A DNA stretch of 59,488 bases from an uncultured virus (IMG/VR IMGVR_UViG_3300047320_000091) (IMGVR_UViG_3300047320_000091); one strand, 5' to 3'. Numbered from the stretch's first letter, positions 46,015-55,732 are shown. A program made the numbers and translations. Notes: a model not told the origin generated them from the letters alone.

Positions 46015-46601
46015 GCTGCGATCTCCTGCTGCGGGTTAAACTTCGAGGTTTCGTTGCCCCAGGAGTCCCAGCCGGGACGCTGCTCGCGGCTGAAGATGTC
46101 GGCCTTCGGATAAGGGCCAGCCATCTTCTCGGCCTCGACGTAGCCCTCGTCGGGCTTGCGCGAGTGCTCGCGGCGCGGGGAGAGGATTGCAGAGCGGATG
46201 TTGCGCGCGTGGATCTTCGGCTTGCCGACCTTCCCGATCAGGAAGGGTTCATGGCAGTTGCGGAGCGCGTAGCCGGTACCGAAGGTCGGCTTGCTGCCGT
46301 CCTTCACCATCTTCACCCAGACACCCATGGTGACGAAGGAGACGCCCCACTTGTCGAAGCAGGCGCGTGCCTGGTCGTACATCGGCGCGGTGGCGTAGAG
46401 CCAAACCCACATGCCGTCGCGATGCGCGAGATCAGCGATCGGCATCGCGTAGATGTCGTCGATGGTCATCGTGTCGTAGTGCTGCTCGGCGGACTTGCCT
46501 TTGCCCTTGGCCGAGTAGGTCTTGAACGCCCACGGCGGATCGATCTTGGCGAGGCCGTAGTGTCTGCGCTTCAGTGGGTGGAGTGCGAAGTTGTCGTTCA
46601 T
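46011..46601 (-). CDS. MT-A70 family N6-adenine methyltransferase
   Basis: DPPW; G.GY..R...E; REHSRKP; F.R..R.GW..WGNE. Confidence 0.92.
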   Translation of the reverse strand: MNDNFALHPLKRRHYGLAKIDPPWAFKTYSAKGKGKSAEQHYDTMTIDDIYAMPIADLAHRDGMWVWLYATAPMYDQARACFDKWGVSFVTMGVWVKMVKDGSKPTFGTGYALRNCHEPFLIGKVGKPKIHARNIRSAILSPRREHSRKPDEGYVEAEKMAGPYPKADIFSREQRPGWDSWGNETSKFNPQQEIAA

Positions 46602-46660
46602 CTGCTCACATTTGCATTCAAGCAAACGACAGGACACACGTATCCCGTCGTCGCGGAGGG

Positions 46661-46882
46661 TTAGGAGGAGAAGCTGGCTTCCAGTTTGGCGAAGGTCGCG
46701 TTGATCCGATCGATGCGGGCAACGTTGCAGTCGTAGCACCACGGACCCCAATGAGTTTTGCGGCACGATGCCTTGCATCCGGCACAGCTCACCAGCTTTC
46801 CGGTCTTGTAGTTCTCGCGATCACGCCACGGGTCGATCGGGCGCTCCTTCTTTGCCTTCAGGTTCTTGTCGGATGGAAACAT
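46661..46882 (-). CDS. Small Cys-rich protein
   Basis: C..C...C...WGPWC..CN. Confidence 0.55.
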   Translation of the reverse strand: MFPSDKNLKAKKERPIDPWRDRENYKTGKLVSCAGCKASCRKTHWGPWCYDCNVARIDRINATFAKLEASFSS

Positions 46883-46884
46883 GT

Positions 46885-47085
46885 TCAGCGCGGCCTCACT
46901 TTGATCTCGTCGTACTTGGCGATGCCGGCGGCGGTGATGCGCCACTGCTTGCCGTAGCTCGGGTGCTGCTCCTTCTCGAAGTAGCCGAGGCCGGCGAGCT
47001 TCTCGGTAGTCTTGGGGTGGAAGAGGCCCCATCCGCCAGGGCGGGTAGCGGCATCTCGCAGTGCGTCCATCTCTCGCTTGTTCAT
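46885..47085 (-). CDS. Small winged-helix-like protein
   Basis: T..KL..LG...WRIT.AG pattern. Confidence 0.5.
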   Translation of the reverse strand: MNKREMDALRDAATRPGGWGLFHPKTTEKLAGLGYFEKEQHPSYGKQWRITAAGIAKYDEIKVRPR

Positions 47086-47276
47086 CGCGGGGTCACCGTC
47101 ATCTCGATCTCGCGGCCCACGTAGAAGGCGCGCTTGTTCCGGTCGGTCATCGGAACGTTCACAAGGATGCTCATGCAGGGCTGCCAATCAGCGGCCCCGA
47201 CCGCCTTGCCCTGAGCTGTGACGGCCAGCTTGTCGCCCCTGTCGCTTACTTCGAGTACGTGTGCATTGATCTTCAA
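47082..47276 (-). CDS. Hypothetical protein
   Basis: Coupled ORF. Confidence 0.5.
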   Translation of the reverse strand: MKINAHVLEVSDRGDKLAVTAQGKAVGAADWQPCMSILVNVPMTDRNKRAFYVGREIEMTVTPR

Positions 47277-47387
47277 AACGGTATTCTCCGGGTCCGATGG
47301 GTATGGGCTTGGTCTTCTCGAAGCAGGTCATGTCGATGCCCTGCCTCTCAGCTTCGTCGTAGAGCGACGGCGAGATGAAGATCGGCG

Positions 47388-47561
47388 TCACGTCTTCTCC
47401 GCCTTGCGGGCGTGGTCGACGCCAGCGAGGAAAGCGTCCATCACAGCCCAGCCGTGCCAGAGCGGAGCAGGGCCGTTCCAGGCATCAGCACGAGGCTTGA
47501 GCGAACGACGGAACTCGTCTCCTGCCAGCAGGTCTTCGATGGGTCTGTCCTTAACTTCCAT
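47388..47561 (-). CDS. Hypothetical 57-aa protein (absent from the ORF track)
   Basis: MEVKDRPIEDLL...WHGWAVMDAFLAG; fills the gap between neighbours. Confidence 0.4.
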   Translation of the reverse strand: MEVKDRPIEDLLAGDEFRRSLKPRADAWNGPAPLWHGWAVMDAFLAGVDHARKAEKT

Positions 47562-47850
47562 TCTTCGCTCGCCACTCTTTCGCTTCAGCGGTCAGCCGCT
47601 TGTCGATGATCTCGTCGTCGTTCTTCGCCATGATCGCCTGAACGAGCACGCCGTCTGGCAGGGTGGACTGGCACGGCTGCTTCTTGTCGGGACGCTTGCA
47701 GGAGGGTTGCGTCAGCTTCTCCCGCACCACGAACATCTCGCGGTCAGGTCCGAAGCGCTCGACCAGACCATCCTTGTTGAGGCGGCCCTCGCGATCACAC
47801 TTCGAACATTTCACGCGGACATAAGGCAGCGGCCACTCGCCGAGCTTCAT
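47551..47850 (-). CDS. Zn-binding hypothetical protein
   Basis: VRVKC.KC.R.G.....L..RFG.D. Confidence 0.7.
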   Translation of the reverse strand: MKLGEWPLPYVRVKCSKCDREGRLNKDGLVERFGPDREMFVVREKLTQPSCKRPDKKQPCQSTLPDGVLVQAIMAKNDDEIIDKRLTAEAKEWRAKNGS

Positions 47851-48338
47851 GCTGCCTCCTCGGGTTCGATCAGTTCCCAGGCAACGCCGGCTTCGTCGTA
47901 GATGCGGGCGGCATCGGCGACAGACTGAGCCCAGCGCTCCTTCAGATGGTCGGGGAGCTGCGGCGCAACGGCACGCTTGATGCCGGACTGCGTGACCAGC
48001 AGGGAGCAGTTTTTGCAGGTGATGAACGGCCAGGTGTAGAGGGTGTAGCCGTGCAGAGGCTCGCGCGCCGTGAGGATGGCGTTGATCTCGCCATGGACGA
48101 CCAAGCCGTACTTGACCTCGCGGTTGTTCAGCCGCTCCTCGGTGTCGGCGATCCCCCGGGGGAATCCGTTGTAGCCGAAAGACGCCATGGTCCGGTCGGG
48201 GCGCACGATGACGGCACCGACTTTAGTCGAAGGATCCTTCGAGGCTGTGGAGACCGCCTCGGCCACGGTGAGGAAGTAGCGGTCCCAGAAGACCTGAGGG
48301 CGCCGATCGAGGTCCGGCTCCGATAGGAATGATGTCAA
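47847..48338 (-). CDS. dCMP deaminase (start uncertain)
   Basis: SKDPSTKVGA; GYNGFPRG; HGEINA; C..C. Confidence 0.9.
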   Translation of the reverse strand: MTSFLSEPDLDRRPQVFWDRYFLTVAEAVSTASKDPSTKVGAVIVRPDRTMASFGYNGFPRGIADTEERLNNREVKYGLVVHGEINAILTAREPLHGYTLYTWPFITCKNCSLLVTQSGIKRAVAPQLPDHLKERWAQSVADAARIYDEAGVAWELIEPEEAA

Positions 48339-48734
48339 ACGTGCGATGATACCGGAGTTTGCAACTCGGGTTCGCAAAGCGTCAGTGCTGTTGACCAATC
48401 CGAGGCCGCTCAGAAACGCGGAAACACGCGGAAACACTGAAGGAAGCTGGGCTCTGGAACCGGCTGACAATCGACACTCCATTTGCTTTGTGCCGTTTGC
48501 ATTAAGGCAAATCACGAGTCTTGGCAAGGGGGTTGCCTTACTTTGTTCACCCCTGAACATTTATTCAGATGTAACCAGAAGCCCGGGATTTTCCGGGCTT
48601 TTGTTCCTAATTTGGGGTAAACGCATCCGTGGTTCTACGGACAATTGTGGCGCTTGTGTTTCAATGCAAATGCCGTTAGCAGTCTGCGAGCGGAGGCGGG
48701 CCTTTGGTAGGCCAGCGAACGAGAAAATTAGAAA

Positions 48735-49043
48735 ATGAAAACGTCCATCAACTACCGCTCTTACGTCGTGAGTCACGACGGGAGCGCCTACAATGCCATT
48801 GCAGCTGACGGGGAGCCGTTCCAACTCAGATCCAAGAACATACTGCGTGTCACCAGGGCCATCGACGCTCTCTGGAATGCCCTTGAGGGAAAGATCCCCC
48901 TCCCGGCCTGGTTCTTGATGGCCACGGACGTTATCGACATCGACGCCGCCACCTGCGAAGCCATGCTGGTCGTCGACCAGCCAGCCGCAGCCACCACCCG
49001 TCAGCTCGTGCCGTGCGTCGTCCCGGCCAAAGCAGTCGCCTGA
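48735..49043 (+). CDS. Hypothetical protein (paralog of the N-terminus of the next gene)
   Basis: Counter-oriented; YR.Y.V...AID.LW...P.WF...ID.D. Confidence 0.65.
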   Translation: MKTSINYRSYVVSHDGSAYNAIAADGEPFQLRSKNILRVTRAIDALWNALEGKIPLPAWFLMATDVIDIDAATCEAMLVVDQPAAATTRQLVPCVVPAKAVA

Positions 49044-49053
49044 GGTGGTCGCC

Positions 49054-49650
49054 ATGACAACCATTTACCGCAACTATGAAGTCGCGAAGCTCAATGACAC
49101 CTTCGTTGGCCAATCCGATGACGACGACAGCTTGCTGATCTCCCGCAGCCACGCGCGGCTGATGCAGGCAATCGACCAGATGTGGGACTGCCTCGACCGC
49201 GGCGGGTCGCCAACCTGGTTCAGCGGCAGCAGCGCAATCGACTTGGACATTGTAAACCTCGACGCAACAGGTGGCCCGGAATCAGTTCCATCGGAGACCG
49301 ATCCACCTAAGATGCCGTGGCTCGTGCCTCACTGGCTGTTCGGCTTCGCTGCTCTCGGCGTGTCCGCACCAGTCGCCTTCGCGATGGACTTCCTTAAGAT
49401 CGACGCAAGGATCGACGTGATGTTGACCCTCGCGGTCTGCGCCGTCGCCCTGGCGTTCGGACGGAGCTACGCGCTGGTCGCCGCTGGGATCTCTGGCTTC
49501 ATCGTCAACTTCTTCGCAGTTGAGCCGTGGTACGTCTTCAGCATGCCGACTGGCAGCGAGGTCGTTAACATCTTGATCAACTTCGCTGCTGCCTGGGTGA
49601 TCCCGATGCTCGTCAAGGAAGAAGAGCGCCTTCGACAGTGGCTGGGATGA
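49054..49650 (+). CDS. Membrane protein with DUF4118-like (KdpD TM-like) C-terminus
   Basis: Four hydrophobic helices with NFF..EP.Y.F motif. Confidence 0.7.
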   Translation: MTTIYRNYEVAKLNDTFVGQSDDDDSLLISRSHARLMQAIDQMWDCLDRGGSPTWFSGSSAIDLDIVNLDATGGPESVPSETDPPKMPWLVPHWLFGFAALGVSAPVAFAMDFLKIDARIDVMLTLAVCAVALAFGRSYALVAAGISGFIVNFFAVEPWYVFSMPTGSEVVNILINFAAAWVIPMLVKEEERLRQWLG

Positions 49651-50269
49651 TCCCGTACGCGAGGCACCGCGTCGCCATGTCAGCGGTGCCCGTCCCACCA
49701 GGACATTTGATTGCGAACTGCGGGCGACCTTCCCGCAGCATCTGCTCGTTGCGGACGTGGCCGGCGAGAGCGTCGTAGAGCTTGCCACGCTTGTTCCGAC
49801 GAACGACCGCGCCGGGCCGCTCGATGTTGTCCCAGTCAGCCGGGTAGGGATCAACCGTGACATTGCGCTCGTCAGCCCATTCCTGAGCCAGCCTGTCAGC
49901 GCCAGACGCCTCGCCCTCAACGATGCATGTGATCCGCCTGAACGCATGGACGGCATCGAGAGCGCGATACAGCGTGCTTCTGTCGTCATAATTCCGGCCA
50001 CCGAACACGAGCACCCGGAAGTTCGCCTTCAGCCAGATCGAGTCGCCGTGGCAGTGGTGCGGCGCGCAGTAGCAGGTCAGATCCTTGCCGGCGAGATCTG
50101 ACACGTCGAGCTGCGGCAGCACCTCGCATTCGAAGCGGCGGCAGACCTGATCCCGATCGCCATCCTTGCCGATGACAAACGGATTGCCCCAGTGCGAGCC
50201 GCGGCCGATGTAGACGTTACCACGGGGAGCGTCCCCGTGGTGGATGTTGTAGACTCGAGGTGCAGGCAT
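49613..50269 (-). CDS. DUF4326 + YspA/SLOG-like (DUF2493) fusion
   Basis: YIGR.S.WGNPF...L.GK.L.C.CAP..CHGD; VFGGR.Y...G.A.GAD...RN..ML...GG.GT..M. Confidence 0.8.
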   Translation of the reverse strand: MPAPRVYNIHHGDAPRGNVYIGRGSHWGNPFVIGKDGDRDQVCRRFECEVLPQLDVSDLAGKDLTCYCAPHHCHGDSIWLKANFRVLVFGGRNYDDRSTLYRALDAVHAFRRITCIVEGEASGADRLAQEWADERNVTVDPYPADWDNIERPGAVVRRNKRGKLYDALAGHVRNEQMLREGRPQFAIKCPGGTGTADMATRCLAYGIIPATVEGALLP

Positions 50270-50472
50270 CAGTGCTTCTTTCCGAGCGTGACCGTCTTCT
50301 TGAACTCGACCGCGTCCCACTCGCCCAGTTTCTTCTCGCATTTCGGACACGCGACCCAGTCGTCAGCATTTGGCTGCATCTTTGTTCCGCAATTCCCGCA
50401 GGTGATCTCGATCGACCCATTCCGGATCAGGCCCGCGTACTGCGACCTGTCCATCTTCATCATCTTGGCCAT
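50269..50472 (-). CDS. Zn-ribbon protein
   Basis: CGNC...CPKC. Confidence 0.6.
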   Translation of the reverse strand: MAKMMKMDRSQYAGLIRNGSIEITCGNCGTKMQPNADDWVACPKCEKKLGEWDAVEFKKTVTLGKKH

Positions 50473-50474
50473 GA

Positions 50475-50771
50475 TCAGCGCTTCATGTCGCAGTCGTGGT
50501 TAATCCCGTTCAGTTCGAAGTCGGCAACGCCCTGGGTGGCGGTGCAGAAATCGAATCCGACTCCGTCCTTCTCGGCGTGCCAGCCATACCTACCGCAGTC
50601 CTCCTTGACCTTGATGCTGTAGGTGACGCCCTTCCAGGTCAGGGTGTTCTTCGTCTCGTCGATCTTCACCGGCAACCTGCGGCCCTGATCCTTGCACATG
50701 TAGGTGTAGGAGGGGTCTGCATTGGCCCGAGTAATGCCAAGAGCGAGGGCGATCAGCAGCAGTTTCTTCAT
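50475..50771 (-). CDS. Small secreted Cys-containing protein
   Basis: MKKLLLIALAL signal peptide. Confidence 0.65.
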   Translation of the reverse strand: MKKLLLIALALGITRANADPSYTYMCKDQGRRLPVKIDETKNTLTWKGVTYSIKVKEDCGRYGWHAEKDGVGFDFCTATQGVADFELNGINHDCDMKR

Positions 50772-50773
50772 TG

Positions 50774-51196
50774 TTAAGCTCCAAGTTCATTCTTCATCCA
50801 GCTGAGCTGCTCGCCCATCTGAAGTCCCTGCATCGGGATTTTGACGTTCTGAAATCGTGTCCGTAGTTGCGTCAAGAGGAACTCGCGATATCTCTCGCCC
50901 GCCAACACGAAGGCGTGGTCACCGCGGAGGCCCAGCTCTTCCATCTGCCCTTCGACTCGGGATGCCCAGCCCCTGCGGTCCTTGATCCCCATGCGGTTGA
51001 GCGTCGTCTCGTAGGGGTCGACCAACGTGCTTGGCGACAGCAGTCCGTGCTCGGCCGACAGGATGAACCAGCGCTCCGAGTTGCGGCGAGCCCACTCCCT
51101 CGCCATCCGGAACCACGGCGAGATGTAGAGGTGCTCGGCCAGCTCCGGCGTCGTCGACTTGGTCTTGACGCAGGAGACGAATGCTACCCGGTTCAT
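50774..51196 (-). CDS. DUF6884-like protein
   Basis: SC...K....A..LY.S..F...W.ILSA.HGL....PYE..L. Confidence 0.7.
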   Translation of the reverse strand: MNRVAFVSCVKTKSTTPELAEHLYISPWFRMAREWARRNSERWFILSAEHGLLSPSTLVDPYETTLNRMGIKDRRGWASRVEGQMEELGLRGDHAFVLAGERYREFLLTQLRTRFQNVKIPMQGLQMGEQLSWMKNELGA

Positions 51197-51576
51197 GCTG
51201 CCACTCCCGCCCAGTGGCCGACGAGCTGATCGAAATTCCAGTTGGTGATCGGGCCCACCTGGCTCGGCTTCACGCGGTTCGCCCGCATCCAGCTGTAGGC
51301 TGCGCCCTCGGCAAAGGTCGTCACGCGGACGCCGAATCCGCTGGACCTGATCTCGTGCGCCGAACCCAGCATGAACTGACGGGCGGGGGTGAGGTGATCC
51401 CAGCCATCAGCGAGGCGCTGGCACATGGCGTCGAAGTCGTGGTCCGACATGAACGAGTGGTCGTGCCGGTAGTAGAGCAGGGAGGCGACGACCGCCTGCC
51501 GGGCCCAAAGGTCCAGCTTGGGGTCAGCCTTCGGGGCCGGCGCCAGGTCGGCGAACAGGTCCAACGTCTCGCTCAT
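51193..51576 (-). CDS. Stand-alone NAD-dependent ligase Ia-like domain protein
   Basis: S.LYY......MSD..FD....L matches the LigA N-terminal Ia motif; no adenylation core. Confidence 0.7.
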   Translation of the reverse strand: MSETLDLFADLAPAPKADPKLDLWARQAVVASLLYYRHDHSFMSDHDFDAMCQRLADGWDHLTPARQFMLGSAHEIRSSGFGVRVTTFAEGAAYSWMRANRVKPSQVGPITNWNFDQLVGHWAGVAA

Positions 51577-51661
51577 TTCGACTCCATCCTCAGCAACGCT
51601 TCACGGTGCGGCATCACGTTGGGGCCAGTCCACAGAACGAACTGGCCCCAACGCTTCCCGC

Positions 51662-51883
51662 TCAAGCCCCAAAGGGGTTTGGCATCATCCGCATCGAGCG
51701 CTTCCAGCTCGCGACGGCGTCCTTGGCTGCCTTCGGAGCGGCGGCGCCGAGTTGCGTTACGGCTTCCTCCAGCTCCTTCCAGTCGGCCACAGTGTTGGCC
51801 CAGGCCCGCTCGGTCAGGCGGGCGACGGCGGCGTGCAGGTCGGAGTTACCGCGCCGGCTGGCGGGCTTCGTCTTCTTGGCCAT
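51662..51883 (-). CDS. Hypothetical protein
   Basis: Coupled ORF. Confidence 0.55.
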   Translation of the reverse strand: MAKKTKPASRRGNSDLHAAVARLTERAWANTVADWKELEEAVTQLGAAAPKAAKDAVASWKRSMRMMPNPFGA

Positions 51884-52149
51884 CAGCGGAACTCCTTGCA
51901 GTAGTCCCCGCTGGCGAAGGTCCCAGCCGGGCAGGGGGCACCCTTGATCTTGGGGTAGGCGCGGGGGGTGTCCTGGTGGAGCGCCTCGCACTTGCTGCCC
52001 AGGCCGACGTACCCGGACGGGCAGGTCCCTTGGCGCTGGAGGCGCTCCAGGCCGTCTCGGCTGGGGGTCGGATAAGGCGTCTCCGAGAGAGCGATGGATG
52101 GCATAAGAGCAACTACAGCGAGCGTAAGAAAACGGCAGACTTTCATCAT
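51883..52149 (-). CDS. Small secreted Cys-rich protein
   Basis: Signal peptide; CPSGY...C and CPAG...SGDYC repeats. Confidence 0.6.
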   Translation of the reverse strand: MMKVCRFLTLAVVALMPSIALSETPYPTPSRDGLERLQRQGTCPSGYVGLGSKCEALHQDTPRAYPKIKGAPCPAGTFASGDYCKEFR

Positions 52150-52187
52150 GATTTGATGTCCTCGGGGTGAACGGGTGGAGAACAGAC

Positions 52188-52435
52188 TGCACACCGATTG
52201 CACACTTTTGCACATCGGTTCACGTTCTGTGCTTGGTATTGGACGGTATTCGGAGCCCCGTGGTATGCCACGAAGTTTCGAAATCCGTATGTTATTTCAG
52301 GGGGTTAGAATGGTGGGCGCAGTAGGGATCGAACCTACGACCTCTCCCGTGTGAAGGCACGGGTCCAACTCATTTGACCCTATGAAACAAGGGGGCTTTT
52401 GATCTTCTCGTCATCGCTGCACACATTTTGCACAC
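52188..52435. mobile_element. attP site: tRNA-Val(CAC) 3'-half core with arm-type repeats
   Basis: 52311-52357 on the - strand reads CCTTCACACGGGAGAGGTCGTAGGTTCGATCCCTACTGCGCCCACCA; TGCACAY direct repeats at 52188, 52199, 52209, 52418, 52429; adjacent to the integrase 3' end. Confidence 0.85.
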
Positions 52436-52444
52436 TCCACTTTT

Positions 52445-53602
52445 TCAGGCCAACTTGGCCATCTTGGCCTTCTTCTCCTTGGTCAGAGGCTTCAGCCGAT
52501 CCGACTCGTAGCGAAGAGGCTCGCTCATCCAGGGCATACTCGCCCAGGCCTTGAAGGTCGGCAGGGTGTTGATCGCCTTGATCAGGGCGGCCCGCGGGAC
52601 CTCGGTGTACTTGTGGCTCATGTCGTCGACGACGTGGCCCAAGATCTGGTCCTTGACGTACTCGTGGACGCCATTGACCACGAGCTGGGTCGAGACCGTA
52701 TGGCGTGCCGTGTAGGGCGCGATGTCGAGGATGCCGGTGCGGCTGCGGGCGTTCTTGATGCCCTTCTTCATCTGGCCGCCATTGCCCTCCACGACCGTCC
52801 AGGGCTCTCCCTCCCACGTCCTGACAAGCCGGGTGCCGTCCTTCCGCTTGAGCAGCCCCTTCATCAGCGGGACCAGGAACTCGTGCAGCGGCACGCCGCG
52901 GGGCTCGCCCGTCTTGGACGACGGCAGGGTAATCCACCGGTTCGCGACGTTGACCTGCTCCCGGTCCATCAGGAACAGCTCGATCGGCCGCATCCCCGTG
53001 TAGAACAGGATGGTCATAACGATGGCGTTGGCCGGCGACATGGCGCACACGAACGGGCAGGCCCGGTCGTAGGTCGTCGGGAAGCTGCCGACCCGACGCT
53101 TCTTGACGGCGAAGGAGCGGGTGCCCTTGGGCTTCTTCGGACGCTTCCACTTCCGGAAATCCGCCCACTCGTTGCCGACCGCGTGGTTCCAAACGGCAAT
53201 GAACGGGGTGTAGACCTGGCGGTTCAGGGTGTCGGGCTGGACATTCGGCAGCAGTTCGAGCGCGACCTTATCGAGCACCGCCTGGGTTATGGACCTGAGC
53301 TTCACGCCCTCCAGCTTCCCGGCAATCCCGGTCATCTTGTCCGTCTGTTCATCGTACTGGCCGAGAAAGCGCGTCGAACCGCCCGCCTCGATGTAGGACG
53401 ACGCTGCCTGGTCGAAGGTCACCACGGACTTCTTGCCGTGGACCGCCTCTGACAGCAGCTCGCTCTCCATCTTTATGCGGATTTTTTCCGCGGTGGCTTT
53501 GTCAGTAGTTTTCGCAGATTTGAAGACCTTACAGCCTTCGCTGTCGGTGCCGCGGATGACGTAGTTCGATCCAGGTGAACGTTGGTAGAGGTAGAGGCGC
53601 AT
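52445..53602 (-). CDS. int: Tyrosine integrase
   Basis: YTGMR, KTG, YTARHT, LGH and catalytic Y (HKY). Confidence 0.93.
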   Translation of the reverse strand: MRLYLYQRSPGSNYVIRGTDSEGCKVFKSAKTTDKATAEKIRIKMESELLSEAVHGKKSVVTFDQAASSYIEAGGSTRFLGQYDEQTDKMTGIAGKLEGVKLRSITQAVLDKVALELLPNVQPDTLNRQVYTPFIAVWNHAVGNEWADFRKWKRPKKPKGTRSFAVKKRRVGSFPTTYDRACPFVCAMSPANAIVMTILFYTGMRPIELFLMDREQVNVANRWITLPSSKTGEPRGVPLHEFLVPLMKGLLKRKDGTRLVRTWEGEPWTVVEGNGGQMKKGIKNARSRTGILDIAPYTARHTVSTQLVVNGVHEYVKDQILGHVVDDMSHKYTEVPRAALIKAINTLPTFKAWASMPWMSEPLRYESDRLKPLTKEKKAKMAKLA

Positions 53603-53790
53603 CTCATGGATTCCCAAATTGCCATCAGGTCCGCGTCCGAGAAACGGTAGACGCGGCCCTTCTTGCTGTAGAAGTTGGTGCCGGCGATCAGGTCAGTGAG
53701 CGACTGTCTGCTGATCCTCAGCTTGGCGCAGACCTCGTCAAAGGTATAGATCTGGCCAAGCTTCTTATTGTCGTTCGCGGGGTCAGGCAT
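53473..53790 (-). CDS. xis: Excisionase-like HTH protein overlapping the int start
   Basis: YTFDEVCAKLRISRQSL...GR.YRF...DL. Confidence 0.7.
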   Translation of the reverse strand: MPDPANDNKKLGQIYTFDEVCAKLRISRQSLTDLIAGTNFYSKKGRVYRFSDADLMAIWESMRCASTSTNVHLDRTTSSAAPTAKAVRSSNLRKLLTKPPRKKSA

Positions 53791-54028
53791 CCGCCTTGTC
53801 CTCGGGCTTCGCATAGAAGCCGGTCGGCGGGCGGCCGACAACCCAATCCGTCTTGCGATCGGTGAAGCTGACCGGCCGATGGCGCCAGGTACCGCGCAGA
53901 TTGGCGTCGCCGAAGATGTTCATTTCGACCTCCCAATCGTCGCCGTACGTGGTCACGTCGTGCCACTCCTCAGGCGTCTCCGGAACGTAGTCGTCAGGAC
54001 GGAACAGCCAGGCCTTGTGCTCACTCAT
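53783..54028 (-). CDS. Hypothetical protein
   Basis: Coupled ORF. Confidence 0.55.
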   Translation of the reverse strand: MSEHKAWLFRPDDYVPETPEEWHDVTTYGDDWEVEMNIFGDANLRGTWRHRPVSFTDRKTDWVVGRPPTGFYAKPEDKADA

Positions 54029-54345
54029 TTCTTACTCCCGAAAACGGACTCCACGGTATGCTGCTCCGGCTTCTCCGCAGACCGGAACACCTTGATGCCG
54101 CCCTTGCGCTTGTAGCCCTTCATCTCGAAGCTTTGGACAGCGCGAGCACGGTTCAGCTTGGTCATCATCACGCGGAAGCCGGCGACCTCCGCCTCGACGG
54201 CATCCCTGAAGATTTTGGGGCTGCCGTCCGTGTCGGTGACCCACATGGCTGGTTCACCCGGGATGGCGAAGGAGCCGAGATAGCAGCCCGGCACCTCCCG
54301 ATGATTGACCGCTGTCGAATAGTAGGACTGCGCGACCCTCGTCAT
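54025..54345 (-). CDS. Hypothetical protein
   Basis: Coupled ORF. Confidence 0.6.
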   Translation of the reverse strand: MTRVAQSYYSTAVNHREVPGCYLGSFAIPGEPAMWVTDTDGSPKIFRDAVEAEVAGFRVMMTKLNRARAVQSFEMKGYKRKGGIKVFRSAEKPEQHTVESVFGSKK

Positions 54346-55199
54346 ACGGAGACCTCCGCCTTGATGCCAGGGTGGGGGTCGTATCCCTGGAGCTGCATGT
54401 CTTCGAGCTGGAAGCCGAAGATGCTGTCCATCGCCTGGTTGAAGGTCACGCGAGGCAGAGCGCGCGTCTCCCGGGTGAGCTGGAGCTTCGCCTGCTCGAT
54501 GTGGTTCAGATACAGGTGCGTGTCGCCGAACGAATGCACGAAGTCACCAGGCTGCAGACCCGTCACATGGGCGATCATCATCGTCAGCAGGGCGTACGAG
54601 GCGATGTTGAATGGAACGCCGAGGAAGACGTCTGCCGATCGCTGGTACAGTTGGCAGGACAGCTTGCCGTTAGCCACGTAGAACTGGAAGAGGCAGTGGC
54701 AGGGCGGCAGCGCCATCTGGTCAACCTCTGCCGGGTTCCAGGCGGTGACCATCAGGCGGCGCGAGTTGGGATTGCGCTTGATCTGATCGACGACGTTGGC
54801 GATCTGGTCGATGGACTTGGTGAAACCAACGCTCAGGATCTTACCGAAATGCTCACCATGGTTGATGGTCATAGCACCGGTCTGCTCGAACGACGGCCAC
54901 GACCGCCACTGCTTGCCGTATACCGGGCCGAGATCACCGTTGGCATCCGCCCACTCGTCCCAGATGGTGACGCCATGGTCATGCAGAAACTTGATGTTGG
55001 TGTCGCCGCGCAGGAACCAGAGCAACTCGACAGCGATGGCCTTGAACGGCAGGCGCTTCGTCGTGAGCATCGGGAAGCCCTCACTCAGATCGAAACGCAT
55101 CTGGTGACCGAAGATAGAGATCGTCCCGGTGCCGGTGCGGTCGCCCTTCTGGACGCCTTCGGTCAGGATTTTGTCGAGCAGATCGTGATATTGCTTCAT
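54342..55199 (-). CDS. thyA: Thymidylate synthase
   Basis: [44 protein letters not shown]. Confidence 0.97.
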   Translation of the reverse strand: MKQYHDLLDKILTEGVQKGDRTGTGTISIFGHQMRFDLSEGFPMLTTKRLPFKAIAVELLWFLRGDTNIKFLHDHGVTIWDEWADANGDLGPVYGKQWRSWPSFEQTGAMTINHGEHFGKILSVGFTKSIDQIANVVDQIKRNPNSRRLMVTAWNPAEVDQMALPPCHCLFQFYVANGKLSCQLYQRSADVFLGVPFNIASYALLTMMIAHVTGLQPGDFVHSFGDTHLYLNHIEQAKLQLTRETRALPRVTFNQAMDSIFGFQLEDMQLQGYDPHPGIKAEVSV

Positions 55200-55441
55200 T
55201 GGGTTTCCTTGGTGCAGTCGCAGCGGGGCCAGACGCACCAGTCTCCGTGTCGTGCTTGCGGGCAGGGTTGAGGGGCGGGGTTGGCGAGACGTGCAGCTTC
55301 TTCCTTGCTGTCGTAGGGACCGATGGCGTCCCAGCAGCCTTCCAGCTCCAGCTGGAGGATCCACCATCCTGACAGCTCCTCGCCGACTTCCTCCGGCGGA
55401 AGGAACTTCACCTCGGTCGTGTTCAGTGCCGCCTCAGTCAT
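55196..55441 (-). CDS. Hypothetical protein
   Basis: GPY.SKEEA motif; Cys-rich end. Confidence 0.5.
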   Translation of the reverse strand: MTEAALNTTEVKFLPPEEVGEELSGWWILQLELEGCWDAIGPYDSKEEAARLANPAPQPCPQARHGDWCVWPRCDCTKETQ

Positions 55442-55564
55442 TGGAGCAGCTCGTCGCGAGGCAGATCGAAAACTGGGTGGAGAAGGAGAGCTGCTTCCCG
55501 TGGATCGCGCTGGCGATGGCCGCACCAGCCACCACGATCAGCACCACAAACAACACTTCCTTCA

Positions 55565-55732
55565 TCATCGAAATAACTCCTTGGCCTTTTGCATTTTGGA
55601 ATCGAGGCAGAGCGAGAAGTGCTCTGAGGAAACGCGGGCTTGGCAGGCGTCTTGCCGCTGGCCCTCGATCACGTTGGAGATGGCCATACCCAGAGCCACG
55701 CCCATGAAGAGTCCGAACACGATGTACTTCAT
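55565..55732 (-). CDS. Small membrane protein
   Basis: N-terminal hydrophobic helix. Confidence 0.45.
   Translation of the reverse strand: MKYIVFGLFMGVALGMAISNVIEGQRQDACQARVSSEHFSLCLDSKMQKAKELFR

Noticed and set aside
48413..48437. CGCGGAAACA direct repeat as an origin iteron
   Set aside because: Only two copies and no initiator gene nearby
52311..52357. Apparent tRNA-Val gene
   Set aside because: Only the 3' half is present, with no D arm or 5' acceptor strand; interpreted as the att core
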